From an uncultured Thermoplasmatales archaeon (lineage in GTDB: Archaea > Thermoplasmatota > E2 > UBA202 > DSCA01): 64,000 bases of DNA. Location of the stretch: positions 62,197-126,196 of the forward strand of contig CAZESS010000001.1 of assembly GCA_964514975.1 (NCBI GenBank), in the 5' to 3' direction. The notes under the pieces are model-generated. The model was not told the DNA's origin and made no database searches. It was given only the letters and a program-made list of their open reading frames with translations. Positions 38,555 through 49,383 of the stretch are shown piece after piece (within the stretch, counting starts at the first letter, position 1; every line of letters starts with the position of its first letter). Made by a program: the position numbers and the translations under genes.

Positions 38555-39097
38555 ATGCAGGCAATCGCGTTCACCGGTCTCCCCGGCTCAGGGAAAAGCG
38601 AAGCCGTCGCCATCGCCGAGCAACATGGATGGACGGTCATCCGGATGGGCGACGCTGTCCGGGTGGAGGCCAGGCGCCGCGGCCTGCAGCCCAGCGACGA
38701 GCATCTCGGCAGCATCGCCGACGAGCTCCGCCGGGAGGAGGGCATGGACGTCTGGGCCCGCCGATCGCTTTCCAACGAGCAGGGAGATGTAGAGGGAGAT
38801 GTGGTCATCGACGGCATCCGGAACATCGAGGAGGTCGAGTTTTTCCGCGAGGCGCTCGACGACTTCGTGCTCGTCGCCGTGCACGCGTCACCCGAGACGC
38901 GCTACCGGCGGCTGCGTGAACGCGGCCGCTCCGACGATTCGGCATCGTTCGATGAGCTGAAACGGCGCGATGAACGGGAGCTCCGCTGGGGCATCGGCAG
39001 CGTGGTGGCCATGGCCGACGTGGTCGTTGTCAACGAGGGCACCCTGGCAGCGTTTCGTGAAAAAATAACCGGCCTGATGGCCGATATCGCGGGATAA
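38555..39097 (+). CDS. P-loop kinase, dephospho-CoA-kinase-like (UPF0200)
   Basis: [36 protein letters not shown]. Confidence 0.85.
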   Translation: MQAIAFTGLPGSGKSEAVAIAEQHGWTVIRMGDAVRVEARRRGLQPSDEHLGSIADELRREEGMDVWARRSLSNEQGDVEGDVVIDGIRNIEEVEFFREALDDFVLVAVHASPETRYRRLRERGRSDDSASFDELKRRDERELRWGIGSVVAMADVVVVNEGTLAAFREKITGLMADIAG

Positions 39098-39158
39098 CCC
39101 GCCGGTGGTGCATCGGGATGTGGGCAAACTAATTAAATGGCTTTTTCTTGCCTCTCCC

Positions 39159-40409
39159 ATGGATTACAAGGTCAAGGACATCGGGCTGGCCGATGAGGGG
39201 CGACGACTCATCGGCTGGGCCGAGGACCACATGCCCGTGCTGATGGACATCCGGAATGATTTTGTGCAGCGCAGGCCGCTGGCCGACGTGACCGTCGCGT
39301 GCTGCCTGCATGTCACCAAGGAGACGGCGGTGCTGATGAAAACCCTGCAGGCCGGTGGCGCCACGGTCGCATTGTGCGGCTCGAACCCATTGTCGACGCA
39401 CGACGCCGTCGCTGCGGCGCTGGCCGAGGAGGGCATCCATGTCTACGCGTGGCGGGGGAACAGCGACGAATACTACTGGGCAGTCAACCGGACGCTTGAC
39501 TACAGGCCGCAGATAACGATGGACGACGGCGGCGATTTAGTTACCACGTTGCACACCGACCGGCAGGAGTCGCTCGAGCATGTCATCGGGGGGACGGAGG
39601 AGACCACGACGGGTGTCAACCGCCAGCGGGTGATGGCCGATCAGGGCGACCTGCGCTTCCCACTGGTGGCGGTCAACGACGCGATGACCAAGCATTTTTT
39701 CGACAACCGCTATGGCACGGGCCAGTCCACCATCGACGGCATCCTCAGGGCGACATCGGTATTGCTCGCCGGCAAAACGTTCGTGGTCGCGGGCTACGGC
39801 TGGTGCGGCCGCGGCCTGGCGATGCGCGCCGAGGGCATGGGCGCCAGCGTCATCGTCACCGAGATAGACGAAATACGGGCGCTGGAGGCCGTCATGGACG
39901 GCTACCGGGTGATGCCGATGGCCGAGGCCGCCCGCCTGGGTGACATTTTCGTCACCGTCACCGGCAACAAGCACGTCATCGACGCAGCGGCGCTCGACGC
40001 AATGAAGGACGGTGCCATTGTCGCCAACGCCGGCCATTTCGACAACGAGATCAACGTGCCCTACCTCCACGGGCAGGCGGTGCAGGAGCAGGACGTGCGC
40101 GACAACACCCGGCGTTACGTGCTGCCGGACGGCCGGAGCATTTATCTGCTGGCGGAGGGCCGCCTGGTCAACCTCGCAGCGGCGGAGGGTCATCCCAGCG
40201 AGGTCATGGACATGTCCTTTGCAAACCAGGCGCTGGTTGCCCGCTGGCTCACCGAGGAAGGAGGCGACCTCGGCAACAAGGTGTACAGGGTGCCCGACAC
40301 CATCGACCGGGAGGTCGCCCGCCGCAAGCTTGCGACCATGGACGTTGCCATCGACAGGCTGACGGAGGAGCAGCGGAGCTACATGGACGACTGGCATGAA
40401 GGAACATGA
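39159..40409 (+). CDS. ahcY: Adenosylhomocysteinase
   Basis: [57 protein letters not shown]. Confidence 0.97.
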   Translation: MDYKVKDIGLADEGRRLIGWAEDHMPVLMDIRNDFVQRRPLADVTVACCLHVTKETAVLMKTLQAGGATVALCGSNPLSTHDAVAAALAEEGIHVYAWRGNSDEYYWAVNRTLDYRPQITMDDGGDLVTTLHTDRQESLEHVIGGTEETTTGVNRQRVMADQGDLRFPLVAVNDAMTKHFFDNRYGTGQSTIDGILRATSVLLAGKTFVVAGYGWCGRGLAMRAEGMGASVIVTEIDEIRALEAVMDGYRVMPMAEAARLGDIFVTVTGNKHVIDAAALDAMKDGAIVANAGHFDNEINVPYLHGQAVQEQDVRDNTRRYVLPDGRSIYLLAEGRLVNLAAAEGHPSEVMDMSFANQALVARWLTEEGGDLGNKVYRVPDTIDREVARRKLATMDVAIDRLTEEQRSYMDDWHEGT

Positions 40410-41152
40410 ACGAGCTCATTGAGCATGCCGCCAGGGACATCGTCGCCGCCGATACGGCCATGGCGCTGACGGGCGCCGGCGTTTCGACGGAGTCAGGCAT
40501 CCCCGACTTCCGGAGCAAAAACGGGTTGTGGAGCCGCTACGACATCCATGAATATGGGACCGTCGACGCCTTCCACCGCAATCCGGGCAAGGTCTGGTGC
40601 ATGCTCCGGGAGATGCTGTCCCTGCTTGACGCGGAGCCCAACCCGGCCCATCGGGCGCTCGCCAGGCTCGAAGAGCTGGGATATCTCGACGCCGTCGTCA
40701 CGCAAAACGTCGACAACCTGCACCAGGAGGCGGGCAGCCAGACCGTCATCGAGTTCCACGGCAACTTCACCCGCGTGGTCTGCCAGCGCTGCGGAAAACA
40801 GCGGGCCGCGGAACAGGTATCGCTCGACGAGCTGCCGCCCCGCTGCACGTGCGGCGGCGTGCTAAAACCCGACGGCGTGTTCTTCGGCGGGCAGATACCC
40901 CCGGAGGCGTACCGGCGGACGATGGCGCTGGCGCAGCGCTGCGACCTGCTGCTCGTTGTGGGCACCTCGGCGACGGTGTCGCCGGCGAACCAGCTGCCCT
41001 ACCTGGTGAAAGCCGGGGATGGGACGGTCATCGAGGTCAACACGGAGGCGACGGAGATCACCGGCGGCCTGTCAGACTATCTTATCAGAGGAAAAGCGGG
41101 GGAGGTGTTGCCCTGTCTCGTTGACGCGGTCATGTCGGCCAGTCAACCGTGA
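40406..41152 (+). CDS. cobB: Sir2/CobB NAD-dependent deacylase
   Basis: [31 protein letters not shown], CxxC...CxC, VGTS. Confidence 0.93.
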   Translation: MNELIEHAARDIVAADTAMALTGAGVSTESGIPDFRSKNGLWSRYDIHEYGTVDAFHRNPGKVWCMLREMLSLLDAEPNPAHRALARLEELGYLDAVVTQNVDNLHQEAGSQTVIEFHGNFTRVVCQRCGKQRAAEQVSLDELPPRCTCGGVLKPDGVFFGGQIPPEAYRRTMALAQRCDLLLVVGTSATVSPANQLPYLVKAGDGTVIEVNTEATEITGGLSDYLIRGKAGEVLPCLVDAVMSASQP

Positions 41153-41822
41153 CCTGCTCGGCGGCGCCGCGCTCCACCAGGATGTCGGCTGTTTTTTTGG
41201 GCAGCACGACCACGTCCTCTTTTTCCAGCTCGTAGTTGTTCATGTCGCTGCCGACAAACGAGGGCATGTCCTGCAGCATCCGGAGCGTGACATCCTGCTC
41301 GACGGACCTCCCTGGTTCCTCGGTGTCGGATGGCTCTCGCGCTTCAGGTGGTCCTGTTTCCCGCGTCTGCTCGGGCTGCGGCGCTGCTGCCGTGTCGTTT
41401 TCGCTCTCAGTCGTCGATGATGGCTCTGGTGGCTGGTCCTCCTGCTCCTCGCGGGAGACGTCGCCTTCGAGGATGCGCCGCCGGTTGTCCCTGAGCAACG
41501 CTACAAGCCGGTCGTAAAACCGGCGCTCCTGCCGGGTGAGATGCTTCGGGGTGTGACTCCCGACAGCTGCGAACACTACCTTTTTCTGCCGCCTCTCATA
41601 TATTTTTTCGAGGCTGCGCTTCGCGTTGCGCAGCTCGTCGGAGATGAGCATGACTTTCTTCGACGACGGGTTCTTCGAACGTTCTTCCTCCAGCCGTCTC
41701 TCAAGCTGTCTGATGTGCTGGAGTGCCTCCTCGAAAAAATCGTCGCCGATGTTCATGAGCTCCGGGGATCGTCGTTCCCGCTGTTCCAGCTTGCGCAGCT
41801 TCGTGTAGTCAAACGTGGCCAT
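41130..41822 (-). CDS. GINS complex subunit (Gins51-type)
   Basis: ERRSPEL..I.DDFF, IYERR.KK, LT.QER.FY, acidic linker, B domain MPSFVGSD..Y.L.KEDVV.LP...A.IL..RG. Confidence 0.8.
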   Translation of the reverse strand: MATFDYTKLRKLEQRERRSPELMNIGDDFFEEALQHIRQLERRLEEERSKNPSSKKVMLISDELRNAKRSLEKIYERRQKKVVFAAVGSHTPKHLTRQERRFYDRLVALLRDNRRRILEGDVSREEQEDQPPEPSSTTESENDTAAAPQPEQTRETGPPEAREPSDTEEPGRSVEQDVTLRMLQDMPSFVGSDMNNYELEKEDVVVLPKKTADILVERGAAEQVTVDWPT

Positions 41823-41922
41823 CTACACACACATTGGCCATCGGATATTTATGTTTTGAGTGCCCGCTGCACAGGAAGGCATTATGCTTATATAGCGTGT
41901 TCATTATATCGGTTGTGAAATA

Positions 41923-44900
41923 ATGAAACTCATGAAGCGCTCCGGCTGGATAATGTCGCTTTTCGTCGCCGCTCTTCTGCTTTCAACTCCATTGTTTTCC
42001 CTGGCTGAAGGTGCCCGCGAGGTTCCATCGGGCTTCACCGGTGTCTCCTGGAACCGTGTGGTCCCGGTGAACAAGGCCACCCTGGTGCAACATGACGAGA
42101 ACAGCTACCTCGACGACCTCGCCTATATGGCTGCCATCCCGTCGAGCGTGTTCTACGACCACAACACCGACAAATTGTACTCGAATCCGCTGCTCTTCTA
42201 CGAGGACAACCAGGAGCTCGACCGGAAAAACCGGACGCTCAACGCCTACAAGGGCCTCAACTATTTCATGGAGGACTGGCAGACCTACACCGGCGGCGTC
42301 AAAAAAATCGAGACCATCAACATGGGCGACAGGGAGCCATGGCAGGCCAAAAACTACACCCACATCAACGGCCAGGACCCCTACAGCATCGCCACCCAGA
42401 TGGCGCTTGAGGACTGGTCATATGCGGACAGCGCCGTCGTCGCGGCGCTGGGCAACATGTCCGGTACGGGCAACACCACCACCGGCACCATGACCGGTAC
42501 CATGTCCGCCGGGTCTGTCAAGCATATCAGGCAGACCGCGGTGAAGCAGGACTCCATCGCCCCGCAGTACAACGACTTCTATGTCGCCGACGACTACAAA
42601 TACATCAAGGCCAACCTGACCTGGCCGTCCAAGAGCTGGCTGCCCACGCTCTCCTATCTCGGCACCCTCGGGCTATTGCAGGGCGGCCTGACCATTCCCT
42701 CCGCCGATCCAGACCTGCACCTCTACTGCAACTACGGCGGCCTCATGCAGGTCGCCTCATCGCAGAACTGGAACGTGATGGCCGGCGCCAGCGAAAGCTG
42801 CGAAAGCTACATTTACGCGCCCGGCAACTGGAAGTCCGCCGTCGTCGACATCCCGACCAAGGGACCGCTCGGCGAGCGCCATGGCACCATCATGGAGCGC
42901 ATCCGTGACCTCATCACCGGCCAGGTGCACTACCTCATCGACATCTCGCTGTACCCCGGCAAAGAGATAGAGATACCGGAGGCGACGCCGTTCATGTGCC
43001 GCGATGTCACCTTTGAGCTCAGCTGGAAGGGCGGCGGCCCGCTCGGACTGGTCATCGTCGACGAGAACAACGTCGCGGTCGGCGAGGCCGTGGCCACCAA
43101 CGTGTCAAAGCAGACGCTGGAGCTCGACCAGCTCGGCGAGGGCAACTACCGGGCCGTCGTCGTGCAGCTCGGCGAAGCGGAGCGCGAGATATCATACACC
43201 ATCAACTATGAATGGAAGCAATCGATGCGGAAGGACAGCGCCAACTCGCTGATGAACGCGGCAGAGGGAGCCATCCTGGCGTCGCTCACCAACTCGCCGT
43301 TGCTCTACACCCCCGCCGACGACTTCCACGGCGACCTCGAACGGGTGCTCACCAAGCTCGGCGTCGACCACGTCTACTACGTCGACATCGGCAACCAGTC
43401 CGACGACACCATACGGCAGGAGCTACGGCGCATCTGTTCTATCAAAAAAGAATACCACACGCTCGAGGACATCTACCATGACATCCGGGGCAGAAGCGAG
43501 GAAAACGACATCGTCTTCACCACCATCGACCCCTGGACGACATGGCGTGCCGAGGAGCTCGCGCCAGCAGAGGAAAAAGAAAAAGCGCTATATCTCGGCT
43601 CCGCCGCCTACCTGGCCGCGCACCATGGAGCCCCGCTGATGGCGGTCGACATGCATCCGCCACTCTCCAGGGCGGTGGTATGGCACACAGAATGGTGGAA
43701 GGACCACGCCGTCCGTGACGACGAGCCCAATGTCGGCGCCATGTATCTCACCAGCAAGGAGGCATACGACTACCTCGACGAAATCGGGTTTGACAAACCG
43801 GGGGAGCGCGAAAGCATCATCACCGTCGCGGGCCAGTTCGACATCGGTGTTTCATGGGACCGCGCGTTCGTGGGAGCCGCAACGCCGGGCCGTCTCATCG
43901 GCACACCGGTCGACACGGCGCAGTGGGCGTCACGGAGCGCCTTCTATCCCGCCCTTATCTATGCAAACCCGGCGGTGAGCCAGAACACCGTCAGCCTCAT
44001 CAACGGCAGCAGGAGCACCCGGCAGCTCACCGGGCTGCTCAACATCGAAAAGCCGAGCCAGGAGGAATCATTCCACGCGCCGGTGCTCGCCTCATACATG
44101 ACCTATGCGCATCGGTTCAACGAGCGCGCCGGAGAATACTGGGATTTCCAGTATACCACCAACACGGGCATCACGCCGTTCTATCAGCCGTCGACCAATC
44201 CCATCGACCAGGGCGTGCTCGACAAGTACGGCAAATACGGCTCATATTATCCCGACCTCTCCGAGACAGAGGTCGTCCCGTTTTACCTCGAAAAATGCGG
44301 CTACGAGATGGCCTACGCCACGAATTTCACGGCGACGATGGAAGACCTCAACCGGGGCGTCGTCGCCTGGTTCGAGACCACCCATGGCTTCATGGAAAAC
44401 TCGGGCAGCCTCGCCTTCTGGAACCCCCACGGAGTGCCGGGCTTCTTCGGTCTCAACCTGAGCCTGCCCACCGTGGAACCCAATCCCTGGCGCGGCTACG
44501 AGCTCTACCTCCCCGGATGGCTCGACGGCTCAACCCAGGAGCCCGACGTGCTGTCGCAGAGCCAGCGCCTCGGCCTCGACATCGTCCCCGCGAAGCTGAG
44601 CGACCTGCCCCTGTCCGACCTCCTGCCGGTCATCAAGCGGACGGGCTACGATGGCATCATCATCACGGTGCTGTTCGGCCGCCTGCGCACCAAGGACTAC
44701 ACGGGCTACGAGATGGAGGAGGCGATGGAAAACCTGCATTCGATGGGCTTCAACGCGCTGAGCTGCCTGATCTCCAACACCTATCTCCATCTGTCGCTCA
44801 TCCGCCATGGCTGCGTCTGGCAGGTCATCGACCCCTGGGAGACATCATGGTATTCGGCGTTCGCAAGCGAAATGTTCGCCCGCGACCTCGCGCTCGGCAA

Positions 44901-45222
44901 AAACGTCGGGCAGGCTTACACGGACAGCATCCTCCACACCGGCATCGGGTATCTCACCAAGGACTGGTGGTGGGACATCAAGGAAAACCTGTGCTATTTC
45001 GGCGACCCCGACCTTTCGATGTGGTCACCACAATATGGCTGGGATAAACCCGAGTCATTGGACAGCGGCACCATCCATGGCCATGCGCCCTTCGGCGCCA
45101 CCGACTACCCGCAGGAAGAGGAAGAGGGCGGCTTCTCCATGATTATCGGCGTCGGTCTCATTCTCATTGTCGCGGCAGCCGGCGCATATCTCGGCTGGAA
45201 ATACAAGCAGCGGAAAAGCTAA
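41923..45222 (+). CDS. Large membrane-anchored extracellular protein with CWB2-like repeats and C25 (gingipain)-like peptidase motifs
   Basis: Signal peptide, C-terminal TM plus basic tail; A..AS..NSPLLYT-type repeats; THG, LSCL, YFGDP. The ORF is certain; the domain calls are tentative. Confidence 0.7.
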   Translation: MKLMKRSGWIMSLFVAALLLSTPLFSLAEGAREVPSGFTGVSWNRVVPVNKATLVQHDENSYLDDLAYMAAIPSSVFYDHNTDKLYSNPLLFYEDNQELDRKNRTLNAYKGLNYFMEDWQTYTGGVKKIETINMGDREPWQAKNYTHINGQDPYSIATQMALEDWSYADSAVVAALGNMSGTGNTTTGTMTGTMSAGSVKHIRQTAVKQDSIAPQYNDFYVADDYKYIKANLTWPSKSWLPTLSYLGTLGLLQGGLTIPSADPDLHLYCNYGGLMQVASSQNWNVMAGASESCESYIYAPGNWKSAVVDIPTKGPLGERHGTIMERIRDLITGQVHYLIDISLYPGKEIEIPEATPFMCRDVTFELSWKGGGPLGLVIVDENNVAVGEAVATNVSKQTLELDQLGEGNYRAVVVQLGEAEREISYTINYEWKQSMRKDSANSLMNAAEGAILASLTNSPLLYTPADDFHGDLERVLTKLGVDHVYYVDIGNQSDDTIRQELRRICSIKKEYHTLEDIYHDIRGRSEENDIVFTTIDPWTTWRAEELAPAEEKEKALYLGSAAYLAAHHGAPLMAVDMHPPLSRAVVWHTEWWKDHAVRDDEPNVGAMYLTSKEAYDYLDEIGFDKPGERESIITVAGQFDIGVSWDRAFVGAATPGRLIGTPVDTAQWASRSAFYPALIYANPAVSQNTVSLINGSRSTRQLTGLLNIEKPSQEESFHAPVLASYMTYAHRFNERAGEYWDFQYTTNTGITPFYQPSTNPIDQGVLDKYGKYGSYYPDLSETEVVPFYLEKCGYEMAYATNFTATMEDLNRGVVAWFETTHGFMENSGSLAFWNPHGVPGFFGLNLSLPTVEPNPWRGYELYLPGWLDGSTQEPDVLSQSQRLGLDIVPAKLSDLPLSDLLPVIKRTGYDGIIITVLFGRLRTKDYTGYEMEEAMENLHSMGFNALSCLISNTYLHLSLIRHGCVWQVIDPWETSWYSAFASEMFARDLALGKNVGQAYTDSILHTGIGYLTKDWWWDIKENLCYFGDPDLSMWSPQYGWDKPESLDSGTIHGHAPFGATDYPQEEEEGGFSMIIGVGLILIVAAAGAYLGWKYKQRKS

Positions 45223-46364
45223 ATATCGGCGATGCCACGGCCGGCGAGCAGCACCGCCAGATATTCGGGTATCTCCACGGTGCCCTTCTCCAGGGAAAAC
45301 CTCTGCTCCATCATCGATATCTCGACCGGGTGCTGCAGCTCCACCTCGATGCCATCACCGCCGAAAACAACGGCATCCCGTAATGGGTCAAAGTCATCGA
45401 TACCGTCGAGCGCAACCGGCGTGACACGCAGGCCGGTTTTGCCGTGCAGCGAGCCCGGCTGCCGTATCAGCCTTTTGACATCCCCGGTCACGGGTTCATC
45501 GGGTTCACCACGGAGCTCGACGGCGCACCGTTTCACCAGCTGCGGCATGACTTTTTTGATGTATGTCGACTGGTCGATTTTCCCGCGGCGGATGCGCTCG
45601 ATGCGCTCCCCGGTGACATCCTCGATGATGCCCGTGGCGGTTTTTTTGCCGACGCCCTCGAAAGAGGTCAGCAATTTCATCGCCTCGTCCTGTTCCATGT
45701 CCTGGAGCTCCCGGAAAAAATCGACGATGTCCCGGCTGATCTTGCCCTGCCAGCCCGGCGCATCCGGCGGCGCTATCTCCATCGCCGTCTGGGTCATCCG
45801 TCCCCGGCGGGCGATGGTTTTTTCCCGTAGCATCGCGTCGAGGTTGAGCCCCCTGCCGGTGATATAGTCGACGATCTCTCGCCGCGCCTGGCTCTCCAGT
45901 GGCAGCACCTCGGGATGGACGACATGGCAGTGGTAGCCCCGGCCGCCGCTGAAGTACAATGACAGCTCCTGGTCGGTGAAGCCGAAATCCTCGGTCAAAA
46001 ACGAGACGAGCTTTTTGAGCTCCTCCTTGACTGCCTCGAGCATTTCCTCATAGCGCATGTCTTCCGCCCCTGGCAGATGGTCCGCATCGAGATCGAAGAT
46101 GAGGTCGGCGCCCATCCAGCCTTTTTCCTGCATCGTCGAGGCATCCGGCGTCTTGTAGTAGGCCGAGGAATGGTAGACATGCGCCGGCGCCCGGTCCCTG
46201 AGCAGCTCAAGCAGCTCGTCATGCTGCCTGAAGCCCACGTGGCGGGTCATCCCGGCCTGGTCGAAAAACACGAAGCCATACTCGCGGCGGGCGAAGCGAC
46301 GCGGCGCCGGAATCGCTGCATCGCGATAGTAGCGCCGGAACCGTTCCTGCAGGAAGCTACCCAT
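45219..46364 (-). CDS. priS: DNA primase small subunit
   Basis: REYGF, YHSSAYY, GADLIFDLDADH, FSGGRGYH, DEPVTGDVKRLIR.PGSLHGKTG. Confidence 0.96.
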   Translation of the reverse strand: MGSFLQERFRRYYRDAAIPAPRRFARREYGFVFFDQAGMTRHVGFRQHDELLELLRDRAPAHVYHSSAYYKTPDASTMQEKGWMGADLIFDLDADHLPGAEDMRYEEMLEAVKEELKKLVSFLTEDFGFTDQELSLYFSGGRGYHCHVVHPEVLPLESQARREIVDYITGRGLNLDAMLREKTIARRGRMTQTAMEIAPPDAPGWQGKISRDIVDFFRELQDMEQDEAMKLLTSFEGVGKKTATGIIEDVTGERIERIRRGKIDQSTYIKKVMPQLVKRCAVELRGEPDEPVTGDVKRLIRQPGSLHGKTGLRVTPVALDGIDDFDPLRDAVVFGGDGIEVELQHPVEISMMEQRFSLEKGTVEIPEYLAVLLAGRGIADI

Positions 46365-47370
46365 TGTGCCTCCGCGCCCGGCTTTTGATGCGGTAGTAGC
46401 CGAGCGGATGTTTCACCCGTTTGCAGATGGCATCCATTTTTTCGACCGGGCAGAGCCCCCAGCTCTTGATGGACGAGCAGCTCGGCGGCGTATATTCGGT
46501 GCCGGAGACCTTGCCCGTGATGTGCTCTATCTGGTAGCGCGTCTTCCCGCGGCTGAAGTCAGGTGAGCCGCCGAACAATGCGACGATGTCGTTGGTGTCC
46601 ATGCCCACCGCATGCAAAAACGATACCAGGGTGAACCGGCCGACATGGGGCACGTTGACGCCTGATTGAGCGGCGGCGAGCAGCTGCCGGATGCAGGGCG
46701 GCAGCTTGGTGACCGTCACCTCGCCCATGTCGGCCTCCCGCTGCATCTGCCGTTCCTCCATCAGGGTGCGCAGCCGGGTGACCTCGTCCTCGAACACATG
46801 CCGGACATCGGAGGGCGGCTTCATCTGCCGTACCTCCCGGTAGATGGCGTCCTGGATGGCGTTCTGCAGCAGACGGGCGAGCTGCCGTTTCTGCAGCGAT
46901 ATCCATCCCCGGCTGAGGGGCATGTTGACGAGCTTCCAGCTATCGCTCCACGTCGGCGCATGTTCCAGGTAGTCGGTGAAATAAATTGTCATGTCGTCGC
47001 TGACCTCAAGGCCGTATTCATCGGCAATGGCCACGAGCATTCCCCTGTCCTCGTTCTGGAGGTATTCGTAGGCCCGCTTGGCCTCAGACAGCGCATACCG
47101 GCCGGTGGCGTAGCCGCTGCTGACGCTTGCGACGATGATGCGGGCGATGGGATAGGAAAAAATGTTCATCAGCACATCTGTTTCAGATGCGGCTGGATAG
47201 TCGCCGACCACGCCGTCCCGGATGGCGTCGTTGACCCGCTGCCGTCCGAGCGCTCTTGCACGCTCATAGATGGGGTCGTGCAGTATTTCGCCGGTGCGGA
47301 CGTCTTCTTCTTTTACCAGTTGCCGTGCCTCGTTGAGAAAGGGATACCGGGCGAGCTGGGTGACATCCAC
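46357..47370 (-). CDS. priL: DNA primase large subunit
   Basis: ARYPFL, YALSEAK, W.LVN, PPCI, H.GRF, YQIEHI, YTPPSC...GLC...C..HPL.YY. Confidence 0.94.
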   Translation of the reverse strand: MDVTQLARYPFLNEARQLVKEEDVRTGEILHDPIYERARALGRQRVNDAIRDGVVGDYPAASETDVLMNIFSYPIARIIVASVSSGYATGRYALSEAKRAYEYLQNEDRGMLVAIADEYGLEVSDDMTIYFTDYLEHAPTWSDSWKLVNMPLSRGWISLQKRQLARLLQNAIQDAIYREVRQMKPPSDVRHVFEDEVTRLRTLMEERQMQREADMGEVTVTKLPPCIRQLLAAAQSGVNVPHVGRFTLVSFLHAVGMDTNDIVALFGGSPDFSRGKTRYQIEHITGKVSGTEYTPPSCSSIKSWGLCPVEKMDAICKRVKHPLGYYRIKSRARRHNG

Positions 47371-47515
47371 GCTGTAACATCCCGGGGCTTATTTAATGTT
47401 TTATGGACGGGGGATACCTGTCGGTTAAAAATTTTTATTGTATATGCGCTGTTAGCACGGGCGTGCCATATGGATTTTTTCATGGTATTCGTTTGGTATC
47501 ACAATGGCTTCATGT

Positions 47516-48076
47516 CTAATAGTCAACCGTTACTGCAAAACCCTTAATCAGTATTCTCCGGCCACTGCGTTCCCAGGCGACACCCGTAAACCCATAAAGG
47601 GCGCCGTTGAACGCTGCACCTTTGTCATTTCCTATTGTATATGTTCCACCCTGTTGGTTGATATGTATAAATGGACACGATAAAAAGAGTGGAAACCGGG
47701 AGCTTCGCACATCTGAAAAATGACGTAAGAAATCCGGTAGTTTGTCATTGAGGAAAAAATCTATCAGAGGAAGGTCAGGGTACAATCCTATGAGCTCAAA
47801 ACAAAGGTAGATGAATTGTGCGATGACCATGGGAACAAGTGCTACATAAAATGCTGTCGGGTAGAGGTTGCCATATCCCTCAATGTGAACGGGCACGAAA
47901 TGCCTGGTGGGCGCTGATTCCGGTAGTTCCCGGGGTTCCACTGTCGCATCTGCTCCATGGTCTTTGTCATCTACATGTGTCGTTTCAATGGGTAGGTTTT
48001 CGTTAACCGCTCCCTGCATTGTGCCTGATACCATGACGATGAGAATGAATACGGTAAATATGGATGTATTTTTCAT
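47516..48076 (-). CDS. Hypothetical secreted/membrane protein (AT-rich)
   Basis: Signal-like N-terminus, GGAGA RBS, central hydrophobic stretch. Confidence 0.6.
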   Translation of the reverse strand: MKNTSIFTVFILIVMVSGTMQGAVNENLPIETTHVDDKDHGADATVEPRELPESAPTRHFVPVHIEGYGNLYPTAFYVALVPMVIAQFIYLCFELIGLYPDLPLIDFFLNDKLPDFLRHFSDVRSSRFPLFLSCPFIHINQQGGTYTIGNDKGAAFNGALYGFTGVAWERSGRRILIKGFAVTVDY

Positions 48077-48227
48077 ATATGTCTCTCCTATCCGATATAA
48101 CAGCTTATAAAAATATAATGTTTTCTAAAAATGGCTCATACTGCTGAAGCGGGTTTGATTCCCTCCTCCCGCCGGTGTGGACGTTTTTTCTTTTACCCGC
48201 TGTCGTCCATTAATGGATGAAACGTGG

Positions 48228-48707
48228 CTATGCCACCTCGACGATGAACGTGGCATGCGCAGCATTTATTGCCAGGAGCGACGGCAGCACGATGGTCTGT
48301 CCCTCGACCTCGATTTCGACGAGGCCGACGGTGCCTGTCTCCACGTCGTCGGTCAGAGCGAGCATGATGTCATCTGTCTCCGTTTCTCCCCGCTGCAGTG
48401 GGAACTGTGTCTGCGCTGGCGAGACAGCCAGCCATGAGGGCGCCCGGATGACCGATACCTCGGCCCAGACGGGGAAAACCTGGACGAAATACGGCGCATA
48501 GGAGACCGCCATCTGCACATTGCCGCCCCCATGTTCGGTGACGGTGACCTCCTGCTCGGCCATCCCGGCCTGCATCTGCCCCCACGAAATCTGGACGAGG
48601 GGGCCATCGCCGTCGATGCCCGCCGGAGCGGATGAGGATGGCGCTGCCATGATGACGGGGCTGATGAGCACACATGTGGCTACGGCCAGCGGTATCAATT
48701 GCTTCAC
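48228..48707 (-). CDS. Hypothetical secreted beta-sandwich protein
   Basis: GAGGTGG RBS, GTG start, signal peptide, APSWL.VSP motif. Confidence 0.65.
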   Translation of the reverse strand: MKQLIPLAVATCVLISPVIMAAPSSSAPAGIDGDGPLVQISWGQMQAGMAEQEVTVTEHGGGNVQMAVSYAPYFVQVFPVWAEVSVIRAPSWLAVSPAQTQFPLQRGETETDDIMLALTDDVETGTVGLVEIEVEGQTIVLPSLLAINAAHATFIVEVA

Positions 48708-48893
48708 TTTTCCACCTCTAAACCATGCAACCTGTTATTGTTTAAAAAATTTGTTCTCACCGGCACGGCGATACATCGCAAAACGGTATATATGTCGGAT
48801 GTGTTTCGCCGGCCTGCCCGCTGCCCTCCGCCGCCATCTGCCGGGGTGACGTGGCAAATGTTAAATACGGGGTCGATATTTATGGCGCTACTT

Positions 48894-49373
48894 ATGGCCG
48901 CTGAAGAAGATGACTTTAAATACATCGTACGCATCGCCGCGACCGACGTCGACGGCGCCAAGCCCGTCCGCTATGCCCTGACGCAGGTCAAGGGCGTGGG
49001 CGACACCCTGGCGCACATCATTGCCAGGGAGGCCGACGTCGACGAAACCGTCAAGATCGGCAACCTGCCCGACAAACAGATCGAGCAGTTGAACGACCTG
49101 GTTGTCAACACCGCAGACGTGGTGCCGCCCTGGATGCGGAACCGCCAGCGGGACATCGAGACCGGGGAAGATAAGCATCTCATCGGGCCCGAGATAGACA
49201 TGACGCGGCGTGACGACATCAACCGACTCAAAAAAATCAAGTCCTACCGGGGCCTCCGCCACGAAAAAGGGCTGCCCGTGCGCGGACAGCGCACCCGGGG
49301 CAACAAGCGCTCCGGCCTCGCCGTCGGCGTATCCCGGCGGAAGGTCCGGCAGCAGCAGCAGGAGAAAAAATAG
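48894..49373 (+). CDS. rps13: 30S ribosomal protein uS13
   Basis: FKYIVRIA..D.DG, PPWMRNR, SYRGLRH..GLPVRGQRT. Confidence 0.97.
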   Translation: MAAEEDDFKYIVRIAATDVDGAKPVRYALTQVKGVGDTLAHIIAREADVDETVKIGNLPDKQIEQLNDLVVNTADVVPPWMRNRQRDIETGEDKHLIGPEIDMTRRDDINRLKKIKSYRGLRHEKGLPVRGQRTRGNKRSGLAVGVSRRKVRQQQQEKK

Positions 49374-49383
49374 GTGACCATTC

